DNA of 64,000 nt from a virus (Duplodnaviria > Caudoviricetes), in the IMG/VR virus record IMGVR_UViG_3300049928_000004, positions 7,045 to 71,044 of that record; one strand, given 5' to 3'. The position numbers and the translations under genes were made by a program. The notes under the pieces were generated by a model. It made no database searches. It had not been told where the DNA came from and saw only the letters and a program-made list of their open reading frames with translations. Each line of letters starts with the position of its first letter. Position 1 is the stretch's first letter. Below are positions 56,006 through 64,000 of this stretch, in pieces.

Positions 56006-56065
56006 GGGGTCTCCTGGGGCGGCGGGGCCGCGGTTGTGGATCACGGAAATGGCGGCGCAGCGCTG

Positions 56066-56269
56066 TTATGGCGCTTCCGCCACCACAGCGATGTGCTCAG
56101 CGAACTTGCGGACGGTCTCAATTCCGGGGTTCTCCGTCTCCCCGGAGCGCAAGCGCCAGAGCGTCGTCATGGGAACGCCGGAGATCCCGGCCAGGCGCAC
56201 GATTTGTGCGTACGAGAGCGCCTCAAGAGCGGCGCGCACCTCGGAAGCGGACGGGAATGACGTGTTCAT
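56066..56269 (-). CDS. cro: Cro-like HTH repressor
   Basis: 67 aa XRE-type HTH (LAGISGVPMTTLWRLRSGETENPG), divergent from cI. Confidence 0.8.
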   Translation of the reverse strand: MNTSFPSASEVRAALEALSYAQIVRLAGISGVPMTTLWRLRSGETENPGIETVRKFAEHIAVVAEAP

Positions 56270-56275
56270 TGAGTC

Positions 56276-56316
56276 AGCATACCGGATGTGGAATGCAAGC
56301 GCAACCGAATATGGAA
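56276..56316 (-). promoter_or_regulatory. pR promoter with two operator-like repeats (OR)
   Basis: TTGCGC-17-TATGCT; TACCGGATGTGGAA 56280-56293 and AACCGAATATGGAA 56303-56316. Confidence 0.7.
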
Positions 56317-56340
56317 GCCTTGAGCCTATATCGTTCGCGG

Positions 56341-56943
56341 ATGAGTGATCAAGACAGCCGGCGAGAGCTATGGGCGAGCGTGAGCGCGCTGATGCAAGCC
56401 CGCTGGGGCAGGGAAAACCTTACTCGTCTAGGCCGCGAGGTAGTCAAGAGCCCAGCGAACGCCAAGCGACTCAAAGATCAGAAGACGAGCGTGGGCGTTG
56501 AGATGCTGGATCGCGTGGCGAATTGGGCCGGCTTGCAGGCCTGGCAACTATTGGTGCCGGGCTTCAGCGCAGCGCAGCCCCCGCAACTACAGGGGAGACC
56601 TACCTCCGGGGGTATGGGCACGTCGCCTGCTACCCACGCCCATGTGGTGCCGGAACTAACGGCGCAGCCCGAAGAATCGCCGGACGCAGCAATGCGCGCA
56701 GAATTGCTGACGGTCTTCGAGTTGCTGCCGGCCGGCGACAAAGTTGCATTGCTGCAAGAAGTGCAAGACCGCGCAGCACGGGTACTCGGCCATCAACTTC
56801 TCGCTGAGAAATATGGCGTGGTTACTGCGCCGCATGACGAGATGGCGACTCGGCGGAATCGGCTCGCCATGGATGCGCAACATATGTCCAGCCCATTCGC
56901 CCGCAAGAACAAGCAAGAAGATGCAATCGAGAAAAAGAAATGA
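56341..56943 (+). CDS. CI-like immunity repressor (no S24 peptidase domain seen)
   Basis: Divergent from cro; N-terminal HTH-like region ending LQAWQLLVPG. Confidence 0.65.
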   Translation: MSDQDSRRELWASVSALMQARWGRENLTRLGREVVKSPANAKRLKDQKTSVGVEMLDRVANWAGLQAWQLLVPGFSAAQPPQLQGRPTSGGMGTSPATHAHVVPELTAQPEESPDAAMRAELLTVFELLPAGDKVALLQEVQDRAARVLGHQLLAEKYGVVTAPHDEMATRRNRLAMDAQHMSSPFARKNKQEDAIEKKK

Positions 56944-57191
56944 AATCTCCCTTTACTCTCGTTACCGACGCCCTCTCGAATGATGTGGGGGAAGTCCTGG
57001 GCCAACTGATCCAGATGCATGCTGACGATGCCGTCATCGGCCTCGCCTTTGTCGTGATGCTCAAGCACCGAAAATATTACGTTAACGTCGCCGGTGAGGC
57101 TTTCAGAAATCCGACCTTCGCGCGCGGTTGCGTTCATGCTCTTGACGACGAGTTGGGGCTTCTGGCTCGCGGCAAGTCCAACAATCTCTAG
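56940..57191 (+). CDS. Hypothetical protein co-transcribed with cI
   Basis: ATGA-coupled to cI. Confidence 0.6.
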   Translation: MKSPFTLVTDALSNDVGEVLGQLIQMHADDAVIGLAFVVMLKHRKYYVNVAGEAFRNPTFARGCVHALDDELGLLARGKSNNL

Positions 57192-57199
57192 GACACCAA

Positions 57200-57670
57200 A
57201 TGCGCGCACACGAACTCGCGGAGCGCTGCTTGCGCATTGGCCTGGTTGTTGGAGTTGTAGCGTGCATTTCCGCCTACGCCCTCTCTCTATCGACTCGCGA
57301 GGGGCATCGGGCCACGACTTCGCCTACCAGCACGCCAGCTAGCGTGAACGCGCCCCAGCGGCCGGGCCACCTCTACTCCTGGCACCGCCACGGGTTCTAC
57401 GGCTATGAAACGATTCAGAGCGAGTTCTCGCGCGAGCACGGAGACCCCGCACCTGCAGTCGCGTACTGGTATGAAGGACAGCACGACGGCACCTACCGCC
57501 TGCGCCAATTCAATGGACGGTTCGTCGATGTCGTCACGTGCACCGACCCTTGCGAGACCGTCACTGTGCTGAGCTCATCGGCGCGCGCAACGATTGAACT
57601 CCGGCCGGATACGCCCCTCTGGGCGGCGGTTCAGGACATGCTGCACGGGCAGTTGGAACTGCATCGTTAG
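57200..57670 (+). CDS. Membrane-anchored periplasmic protein
   Basis: N-terminal TM segment, Ser/Thr/Pro linker, CTDPC motif. Confidence 0.65.
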   Translation: MRAHELAERCLRIGLVVGVVACISAYALSLSTREGHRATTSPTSTPASVNAPQRPGHLYSWHRHGFYGYETIQSEFSREHGDPAPAVAYWYEGQHDGTYRLRQFNGRFVDVVTCTDPCETVTVLSSSARATIELRPDTPLWAAVQDMLHGQLELHR

Positions 57671-57692
57671 CCTCCGCATCCAGCCAGACACC

Positions 57693-57718
57693 TAGACCGC
57701 CGAGCGCGGTCTTTTTTA
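57693..57718 (+). terminator. Intrinsic terminator of the cI operon
   Basis: AGACCGC-CGA-GCGCGGTCT followed by a T tract. Confidence 0.7.
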
Positions 57719-57748
57719 CGCCCCGCATCTAGGTGTTTACGCCTAGCC

Positions 57749-57788
57749 TTCCATATTTGGTTGACTTCCATTCCAGATTCGGTAGGAT
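57749..57788 (+). promoter_or_regulatory. pL promoter with two operator-like repeats (OL)
   Basis: TTGACT-16-TAGGAT; TTCCATATTTGGTT 57749-57762 and TTCCAGATTCGGTA 57771-57784 are inverted copies of the OR motif. Confidence 0.7.
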
Positions 57789-57844
57789 GACCCCATCGGC
57801 TCGAAACCGGCATCCCGCCGGCCGCCGCGAAGGGGGAGATGGTC

Positions 57845-58099
57845 ATGAGCGCAACCAGGCACGCGTCCGACGCGAACACCGAGGCCCTTCGGCTGCATCT
57901 GGCGATTCAGTCGCTGTGCGAGCGCAACGCCCTCGGCGAGAACATCACGGCCGAACAGATCGGCCAACTCCTGCGGACTTCGGTTTGTGTCCAATACCAC
58001 ACCGCGAGAACTCTGTACGCAGTCGGCCAGTTCGGCGGCGTCGACCGTCGCGACGTGGCGGCTGTGATCCCGGGGCTGGCGCAAGAGGTGGCGGCATGA
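57845..58099 (+). CDS. Hypothetical protein, first gene of the pL operon
   Basis: GGGAG RBS; ATGA-coupled to the next gene. Confidence 0.55.
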   Translation: MSATRHASDANTEALRLHLAIQSLCERNALGENITAEQIGQLLRTSVCVQYHTARTLYAVGQFGGVDRRDVAAVIPGLAQEVAA

Positions 58100-58515
58100 G
58101 CGCCGCGCATATGCCGATTGCGGGCGCGGAGATCTCTCTCCGCATCGGCCAGAGGGTCAGCCACGGCGACTACAAAGGCCGTCGCGTGACGGGCATCGTC
58201 AGAGGTCTCGACATCAGTGACGAGCGCGGACTCATCGCGACCGTCCTGCTCGATGAACCCATCGTCATCCTGGCTCGTGCGGAAGGCGATCGAGAGATCC
58301 GCATCAACTGGCAGACGATCCCGGCGCATGAATTGGCAGCGTTTGATGCCCGCGACGAGTTGATTGCCGCACTGGTGGCCTCGCTGACCGAGGTCATCGA
58401 TCTGTGCGCCATCGGTGATGTCGACGAGACAACCGAGGCGCTGGGCTGGGGCGAAACCATCAAGGATGCCAAGGCAGCCATCGCGAAGGCAACCGGAGGT
58501 TCCATCCATGGCTGA
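58096..58515 (+). CDS. Hypothetical protein
   Basis: Coupled; C-terminal KAAIAKATG motif. Confidence 0.55.
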   Translation: MSAAHMPIAGAEISLRIGQRVSHGDYKGRRVTGIVRGLDISDERGLIATVLLDEPIVILARAEGDREIRINWQTIPAHELAAFDARDELIAALVASLTEVIDLCAIGDVDETTEALGWGETIKDAKAAIAKATGGSIHG

Positions 58516-58609
58516 CACCAAGACTCCATGGCGTGCCCTGCTGGTGATGGCCCTCATCGCTGCAGCGCTGCTTGTGGCGGGTTACTGCTTCGGATGGGAG
58601 TTGCCATGA
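58508..58609 (+). CDS. Small membrane peptide
   Basis: GGAGG RBS; one TM segment. Confidence 0.4.
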   Translation: MADTKTPWRALLVMALIAAALLVAGYCFGWELP

Positions 58610-58923
58610 ACGCCAATCAACTCTCCGAAATCTCGCACCTTGCGACCCGTCTGCAGAGCGCCGGAATGATCCACGTCGCCAATATGCGCGAGTGCCAGAC
58701 CAGCGATGACGACCTCGAGGTTGTCTCGCGTGAGGCTGAATCGATCCTCAAGTTGGCCGAGCGCCTCGCCTTTGCAGTGGGGCAACTGCAGCGCAGTGTC
58801 GCCACCGAAGTGCGCCGCCCGAAGCTCGACGAGTTCGTGATGCTGGAGTCGCGCGGGTCGCGGCCGATGGGTGACCGCTTCATCCTCAACATCACCGAGC
58901 ACGAGGGCGCGGACCATGATTGA
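58606..58923 (+). CDS. Hypothetical protein
   Basis: ATGA-coupled. Confidence 0.5.
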   Translation: MNANQLSEISHLATRLQSAGMIHVANMRECQTSDDDLEVVSREAESILKLAERLAFAVGQLQRSVATEVRRPKLDEFVMLESRGSRPMGDRFILNITEHEGADHD

Positions 58924-59065
58924 CCACCTCACCCCCGACCAGCGCGCCGCCTATCACGAGGCCGCTCGTGCCCACAGCATCCCTGCCCTGGCCGGAATGT
59001 TCCTGACGATGCTCGCCGCCGCTGTGTCCTTCGGCGTCCAAATCCTGGGTCGAGGTGACGCGTGA
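58916..59065 (+). CDS. Small membrane protein
   Basis: GAGG RBS; C-terminal TM segment. Confidence 0.4.
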   Translation: MIDHLTPDQRAAYHEAARAHSIPALAGMFLTMLAAAVSFGVQILGRGDA

Positions 59066-59468
59066 AGGACGCACTCTTCATCCTCGCCGGCTTCTGGGTC
59101 GCGAGCCTCGTGTTCCTGGCGATCGGCTGGGCGCTCTCTGAAAAGGAGGTGCGCCATGACCTCGCAGGCGAATGAGCCGCATTGCGTCTGCCATCTCGTT
59201 CGCCGAGGTGGGTGCGCGCAAGGCAGGGCTTGTCCGATCGCGGAACTTGAGGTTGCCATCGCAATTGAACACAGGGCTGAGTTTCCGGCCCCGAAAGGAA
59301 AGCAACGCATGAGCAATTACCGCAACTCCAGTTCGGCATGGACCGGCCGCGCGCCGCGAACACTCGAACAACGCTGGCCCTCGGCGCCGATCTCCGCGCC
59401 CGCCAGTTGGCTCGGCCGGTTCCGTGCGTGGCTCTTCGGCCGTTGATCTTCAACTTCAAGGGAAACGT

Positions 59469-60392
59469 ATGCAACAACAGCTCGCCGACGCGCCGGAAGT
59501 GCGCAACGCAGTCGAACTCATGCTGGAGCCGCGCGTCGAACAACCCGTCGCAGTGCGAGCTGCGCCGACCGGCGTCGTCACGCCCAGCGACATTCTCGCC
59601 CTGGCGATGCAGACCGGTGACAAGGACGTAGAGCGCCTGGAGCGCCTCATGGGGATGGAAATCCGATACCGCGAGCAGCAGGCCATCGATCGCCAGCGCG
59701 AACGCGAGTGGGCCGAGCAAGACCGCATCCGCGACGGCATCCTCGCGTTCGCCGAGGACTTCGCCAAGTTCCGCGGCGAGAACATCATTGTCCCTCTGAC
59801 CAAGCACGTCGACCGTGCGGCGGCGGGATCGTTCGAACAGGCGGAGTACCACCGCGTGGCCGGTATGTTGTCGCCGGCCCTGTCGAAGTACGGCTATGGC
59901 TTCTGGCACGACCCGAAATTTGTTGTGCGCAGGATCGCAAACATCGAGGGCGTCGAACGCGACATGCCCTGGGTCGAAGTCACCTGCTACCTGGAACACC
60001 GCAAGGGTCACAGCAAGAGCATTTTCCTGGAGGGGCCGGCGGGCGAATTGAGAGGCAACACGCTGGTGCAGAACCAACAGGCTACCGCGAGCTTCTTCAA
60101 GCGCCAGACCTTGCTCGCGATTACCGGCACCGCCACCGGCGGCGAGGACGACGAGGCTAAGTTGGGCGTACGTGAATCCGCGGGAGATGCTGCCACGGAC
60201 GCACCGACCGACATCGACGCGGGCCAGAAGATCACTCTCCGCAATGCGGGAGAGGCCGCAGCGCAGGGAGGCATTGCATCGCTCACTGCATGGTGGGCCA
60301 AGCTGGGGCCTCGCGAGCAAAAGGACATGAGTTCGCACTTCTCCGCGATGCGCAAAACTGCGCGCTCCGCGGACGAAAGGGGCGGCAAGTGA
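59469..60392 (+). CDS. erf: ERF-family single-strand annealing protein
   Basis: PALSKYGYGF, VTCYLEH..GHS and FKRQTLLAITG...EDDEA motifs. Confidence 0.85.
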   Translation: MQQQLADAPEVRNAVELMLEPRVEQPVAVRAAPTGVVTPSDILALAMQTGDKDVERLERLMGMEIRYREQQAIDRQREREWAEQDRIRDGILAFAEDFAKFRGENIIVPLTKHVDRAAAGSFEQAEYHRVAGMLSPALSKYGYGFWHDPKFVVRRIANIEGVERDMPWVEVTCYLEHRKGHSKSIFLEGPAGELRGNTLVQNQQATASFFKRQTLLAITGTATGGEDDEAKLGVRESAGDAATDAPTDIDAGQKITLRNAGEAAAQGGIASLTAWWAKLGPREQKDMSSHFSAMRKTARSADERGGK

Positions 60393-61234
60393 CCGCTCTC
60401 GTCATCCGCTGCAGCAGCATCGGACACCTTATGGCCAAGCCCGAGAACGCTGACCTCGACCCGGCGCACATGACCGCCGAAGTCGCCACGATCATCACCA
60501 AGACCAAGCGCAGCGATGCAGAGAAGTCCGTCCTCGACGAGGTTCGCCGCAAGAGCCTGTCCGCCGGCGGCAAGACTCACGTCCGCAAGCTGGTGCGCGA
60601 AGCGATCTACGGTTACGAGCCGGGCGAGATCGAGACGCGCCCCATCCTCAAGGGTCGCGCCGTCGAGAACGACAGCATCGCCATGCTCGCGCGCCTGACC
60701 GGTCGACCACTGGTGAAGAACGCCGAGCGTCGCAACAACGGGACGATCTCCGGCGAGTGCGACATCTGGGACGAGCCAATGCGCCATGGCCGCGACATCA
60801 AGGCGCCGTACTCCATGGAGTCAATGCCCATCGTCCTGGCCGACTGCTACGACTCCGGCTATGAGTGGCAAATGCGCGGATACATGATCCTGTGGGATGC
60901 CGAGACCTGGAGCGTGGACTACACGCTGGTGAGCACGCCCGAGGAACTGGTTGGCTACGAGCCGCCTCAGTTGCACTTCGTGGACCACATCCCCGAGGCG
61001 CACCGCTGGACGACGTGGCTGGTGGAGCGAGATCGTGCGCTCGAGTCGCTGATCGCCGACAAGGTCGCCGCCGCGCGCCGCTACTACCGCCAGGTCGTGA
61101 ACGAATTCGATCGCACGCATGGCAGCACGGTTCCGTGGGATGAGCCCCTCGCGCCTGCCGATGTCTTGGCGCCCATCCCCACTGCGCTCCGCGCTCCGGC
61201 TGGGCCACTAGCCCTTCCTGATTTCGCATTCTGA
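60389..61234 (+). CDS. PD-(D/E)XK exonuclease (YqaJ-like)
   Basis: IRCSSIG, KGRAVE, GECDI, DIK and YEWQMRGYM motifs; next to erf. Confidence 0.8.
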   Translation: MTALVIRCSSIGHLMAKPENADLDPAHMTAEVATIITKTKRSDAEKSVLDEVRRKSLSAGGKTHVRKLVREAIYGYEPGEIETRPILKGRAVENDSIAMLARLTGRPLVKNAERRNNGTISGECDIWDEPMRHGRDIKAPYSMESMPIVLADCYDSGYEWQMRGYMILWDAETWSVDYTLVSTPEELVGYEPPQLHFVDHIPEAHRWTTWLVERDRALESLIADKVAAARRYYRQVVNEFDRTHGSTVPWDEPLAPADVLAPIPTALRAPAGPLALPDFAF

Positions 61235-61244
61235 GGAGAACCCT

Positions 61245-62582
61245 ATGTTCGAAGAACTGTACGAAACCGAAGCGGCCTCAAAGACCCTGGCAGGCACTGC
61301 TGTTGCCACCAAGTCAGCAGGCGAGATCGACCTCGACAAGGTCGACCTGACGAAAATCGCCCTCGCCCACTTCGACGCCTCGCGCGCGGCAGTGAAGATT
61401 GCGACCGACACGCTCACCGACGTCGTACATGACCTGTCCACACCGGGAAAGTTGGCCGACGCCAAGTCTCTCCGTCAGCGCCTCATCAATGCCCCGCTCG
61501 CCGAGGCCCGCAAGGTCGAGAAGGGGCTCGCGGCCAAGCTGAACGGCGCCCGCAAGGCTGTCGGCTCCGCCCTCGTCACCATCGAGGGCGAATTCGAAGC
61601 TGTGGAGAAGTTCATCACCCCGCAGATCGAAGCGCGAGACACCGCCGTCGCCATAGAGAAGGCTGAGCGCGAAGCTAAGGAAGCCGAACGCGTCGCTATC
61701 CATCGCGCAGGCATCACCCAAATCGCCGGCTACGTCACGCAGCTGCAGGGCAGGACCAGCGCGCAGATCCAGTCCGCGATGAACACCATTGACGCCATCA
61801 TGATCGATCCGGCCCAGTGGGAAGAGTTCGCCGCTGGCGCCGAGATCCAGAAGGCCGAGACGCTGGAGGCCCTGCAGTCCCTGTTCGACCGCACGAAGGC
61901 TGCCGAAGTGGAGGCCGCTGCCCGCGAAGCCCAGCGCATCGAGAACGAGCGCGCTGCGGCGGCGCTGGCCGAGCAGGCACGCATCCTGGCTGAGAAGGAA
62001 GCCGAGCTCAATGCCAAGCTCGCAAAGATCGCCGCAGCGGAGAAGGCTGAGGCGGACCGCATCGAAGCAGCCGCCCAGGCGGCGCGCGACGCCGAGGCGA
62101 AGGCCGCCCGGGATGCGCAAGCGCTCGCCGATGCCGCCGCCCGCCAGGCTACCGAGGACGAGTCGAACACCAAGGCCCAGGAAGTCGCCGCAGCCGAAGC
62201 CCTGCAGCGTGCCGCCGATGCCACTCCGGTCGACGTGATCACCGACGCCTACGGCCCCCAGGACTTGAGCGACGATGCCCTCACTGCAATACCGTCAATC
62301 GCCGACCAAGTTCCGGCCGTGTCTCCGCCTGCCGCTGCGGTCGCTGCCGAGACTGCGTCGCTCATCCTGAGTGCGGTCTCGCCTGGATTACTGCACCCCG
62401 CGCCGGGTCCGGTCACGTTCGCCGAGCCGGAGCCCGCCGCGTCGACGTTGCTAGTAGCACTTCTGGCGCACATCGACGAAGCCTTCACCGGTCGATTCTC
62501 TGCTCACCCGAAGCCGACCCGCGAATGGTGGGGAGCGCTCCGCCGCCTGTCCGACGAGGCTCGTGAGTTCGTCGTTGGCTGA
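61245..62582 (+). CDS. Ala/Glu-rich coiled-coil protein
   Basis: GAGGAG RBS; long heptad-rich region. Confidence 0.7.
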   Translation: MFEELYETEAASKTLAGTAVATKSAGEIDLDKVDLTKIALAHFDASRAAVKIATDTLTDVVHDLSTPGKLADAKSLRQRLINAPLAEARKVEKGLAAKLNGARKAVGSALVTIEGEFEAVEKFITPQIEARDTAVAIEKAEREAKEAERVAIHRAGITQIAGYVTQLQGRTSAQIQSAMNTIDAIMIDPAQWEEFAAGAEIQKAETLEALQSLFDRTKAAEVEAAAREAQRIENERAAAALAEQARILAEKEAELNAKLAKIAAAEKAEADRIEAAAQAARDAEAKAARDAQALADAAARQATEDESNTKAQEVAAAEALQRAADATPVDVITDAYGPQDLSDDALTAIPSIADQVPAVSPPAAAVAAETASLILSAVSPGLLHPAPGPVTFAEPEPAASTLLVALLAHIDEAFTGRFSAHPKPTREWWGALRRLSDEAREFVVG

Positions 62583-62605
62583 ACCCATCCAACCGAGATA
62601 GCCCC

Positions 62606-62863
62606 ATGCAACCCCTGATCCCCGTCAAGTCCAGCAATCTCGAGGGCTATGCCTTCGACAGTTCTACAGGCGTACTCGCAATCCAGTTCAAGTCCGACAC
62701 AGCGCGGCACCTCTACCGCGATGTCAAGCCCGAGACCGTCGAGGCCTTCAAGGCCGCGCCGAGCATCGGCAAGTTCTTCATCGCCAACATCCGCGACAAC
62801 CACGACCACGAGGCCCCGGATGGCACCGTGACGCCGGCCAAGAAGGCGCACGCGGCCACCTAA
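62606..62863 (+). CDS. KTSC domain protein
   Basis: VKSSNL...LAIQFK...Y.Y.DV...APSIGKFF..NIR. Confidence 0.85.
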   Translation: MQPLIPVKSSNLEGYAFDSSTGVLAIQFKSDTARHLYRDVKPETVEAFKAAPSIGKFFIANIRDNHDHEAPDGTVTPAKKAHAAT

Positions 62864-62872
62864 ACCAGTTTC

Positions 62873-62959
62873 GGCGACGCCTGGCCGGCGGTCGCTGCGC
62901 GGGCCCATTCCTCCCTTTCAAGCCACCGCAGCGTTTCCCGGCCCCATAAGGGCGTCGCC
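62873..62959 (+). other. Long imperfect RNA hairpin upstream of DGR-like target 1
   Basis: Nested pairs GGCGACGCC/GGCGTCGCC, GGCCGG/CCGGCC and CGCTGCG/CGCAGCG. Confidence 0.6.
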
Positions 62960-62990
62960 ATCTTTTACACCCAGAGCCAGAAAGGCACCC

Positions 62991-63419
62991 ATGACCACGA
63001 CTACTGAGACCAAGACCATCAAGTTCGCTGTCGTCGCAGCGCTCGCGCTCGGCGCGCCACTCGAGGACGGAACCTTCGCCGGGCTCACCACGCTGCACGA
63101 TGGCACGCACGTCGCCGTCGTCTACCTGGGCATGTCCGCCGATGAATTCAACCACGCAGGCTGCATCGCCCATGCGCGCGAACGCGGTGGCGAACTCATG
63201 TCGCGCACTGTTTTCCACCTGCTGCGCACGACCATCAAGGAACAGTTGCCCAAGGAAGGCTGGTGCTTCACGGCCGACACGCTGGACATGGACACCGGCA
63301 ACAAGGGCGACGCGTCCTACGCCTGGTTTTGCTACTTCAACTACGGCTTCACGGGCTACTACGGCAAGAGGAACGAGCGCCAGGCGGTTGCCGTCCGCCT
63401 GATTCACCTCGAAGGCTGA
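62991..63419 (+). CDS. DUF1566/C-type-lectin-like protein, putative DGR target 1
   Basis: C-terminal ASYAWFCYFNYG...AVAVR motif; last 111 bp near-identical to target 2. Confidence 0.75.
   Translation: MTTTTETKTIKFAVVAALALGAPLEDGTFAGLTTLHDGTHVAVVYLGMSADEFNHAGCIAHARERGGELMSRTVFHLLRTTIKEQLPKEGWCFTADTLDMDTGNKGDASYAWFCYFNYGFTGYYGKRNERQAVAVRLIHLEG
63309..63419 (+). repeat. Putative variable region VR1
   Basis: 97/111 identical to VR2; differences concentrated at codon positions 1-2. Confidence 0.75.
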
Positions 63420-63457
63420 GTCCTTCAATCCTTCTTTCCCCACTACGAGGAGACCCC

Positions 63458-63922
63458 ATGCCCGAAATCACCCTGGATGCGCTGAAGTCCGACTGCGCCG
63501 CGCTGGTCGAGCGCATCGCTACCTACGAGGCGAAGCTGCCTCGCATCCTGAACATCGCCGGGGCAGTAATCGAACTGCGCACAGGCGAGCACTACGCCGG
63601 CGAGATTCTGAACGCCGACGGCACGTTGAACTACCGGCTCGCGCTGGTGTCAGTGTCCGAGAAGTCCTGCAACTGGGCCAGTGCCGACGACTACGCCAAG
63701 AGCGTCGGCGGCAAGCGTCCAAATCTCGCCGAGCGCGGTCTGCTGATTGCGAACTGCAAGCCCCACCTGCCCAAGGAAGGCACGTTCTGGCTGGACGACG
63801 AGTACGAAGGGAACGCGTCCTACGCCTGGGGTTGCCACTTCGGCAACGGCTGCACGGGCTACGGCGACAAGAGCTACGGGCGCCAGGCGGTTGCCGTCCG
63901 CCTGATTCACCTCGAAGGCTGA
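63458..63922 (+). CDS. DUF1566/C-type-lectin-like protein, putative DGR target 2
   Basis: GAGGAG RBS; YAGEIL, NWASA, LPKEG.FW and ASYAW...AVAVR motifs. Confidence 0.8.
   Translation: MPEITLDALKSDCAALVERIATYEAKLPRILNIAGAVIELRTGEHYAGEILNADGTLNYRLALVSVSEKSCNWASADDYAKSVGGKRPNLAERGLLIANCKPHLPKEGTFWLDDEYEGNASYAWGCHFGNGCTGYGDKSYGRQAVAVRLIHLEG
63812..63922 (+). repeat. Putative variable region VR2
   Basis: Offset 503 bp from VR1; identical 3' tail. Confidence 0.75.
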
Positions 63923-63960
63923 GTCCTTCAATCCTTCTTTCCCCACTACGAGGAGACCCC

Positions 63961-64000
63961 ATGCCCGAAATCACCCTGGATGCGCTGAAGTCCGACTGCG
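63961..64000 (+). CDS. Partial third copy (same start as target 2)
   Basis: 63923-64000 is identical to 63420-63497. Confidence 0.6.
   Translation, partial: MPEITLDALKSDC

Noticed and set aside
62963-62972. TTTTACACCC as another integrase arm site
   Set aside because: A single copy about 60 kb from the core in window coordinates, without the paired arrangement; likely chance.
63309-64000. CRISPR-like array
   Set aside because: The repeats are coding 3' ends with point substitutions, separated by protein-coding sequence, not repeat-spacer units.

Overview
The whole window is a GC-rich, temperate tailed phage genome. It has a lambdoid regulatory layout and contractile-tail (myovirus-type) structural genes of the DUF1073/DUF2213/DUF2184/DUF3383/DUF2612 kind. 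The host is probably a betaproteobacterium (inference). An intact attP sits inside the window (3' half of tRNA-Val(CAC) at 2464-2508, phage genes on both sides), so this is the excised/circular form, and the window cuts the early-left operon at both ends. Layout: early-left genes, xis and int (1-2445); attP; SGNH lipoprotein moron; then the minus-strand late operon read backwards: nucleotide-enzyme cluster, lysis, tail, head, terminase and a 7.5 kb carbohydrate-active/fibre-like cluster (3632-41440); pR'/tR' and a Q-like gene; nin region, DnaB and initiator, two DNA methyltransferases, cII and cro (to 56269); cI and cargo; the pL operon with ERF, exonuclease and KTSC. The strongest signal is at the right end: two small DUF1566/C-type-lectin-like early genes whose last 111 bp differ at 14 positions, 13 of them codon positions 1-2 and all non-synonymous. 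This pattern matches diversity-generating retroelement (DGR) variable regions, and a third copy begins at the window edge. No template repeat or reverse transcriptase is visible in the window. Other notable items: a methyltransferase whose SAM-binding motif is frameshifted at a G8 tract, a 15-bp element shared by two late-type promoters, a candidate sRNA, three stand-alone tail-fibre anchor modules, a Nudix-protease fusion and a PEP-CTERM moron. All family assignments come from motif recognition by eye; no database search was run.
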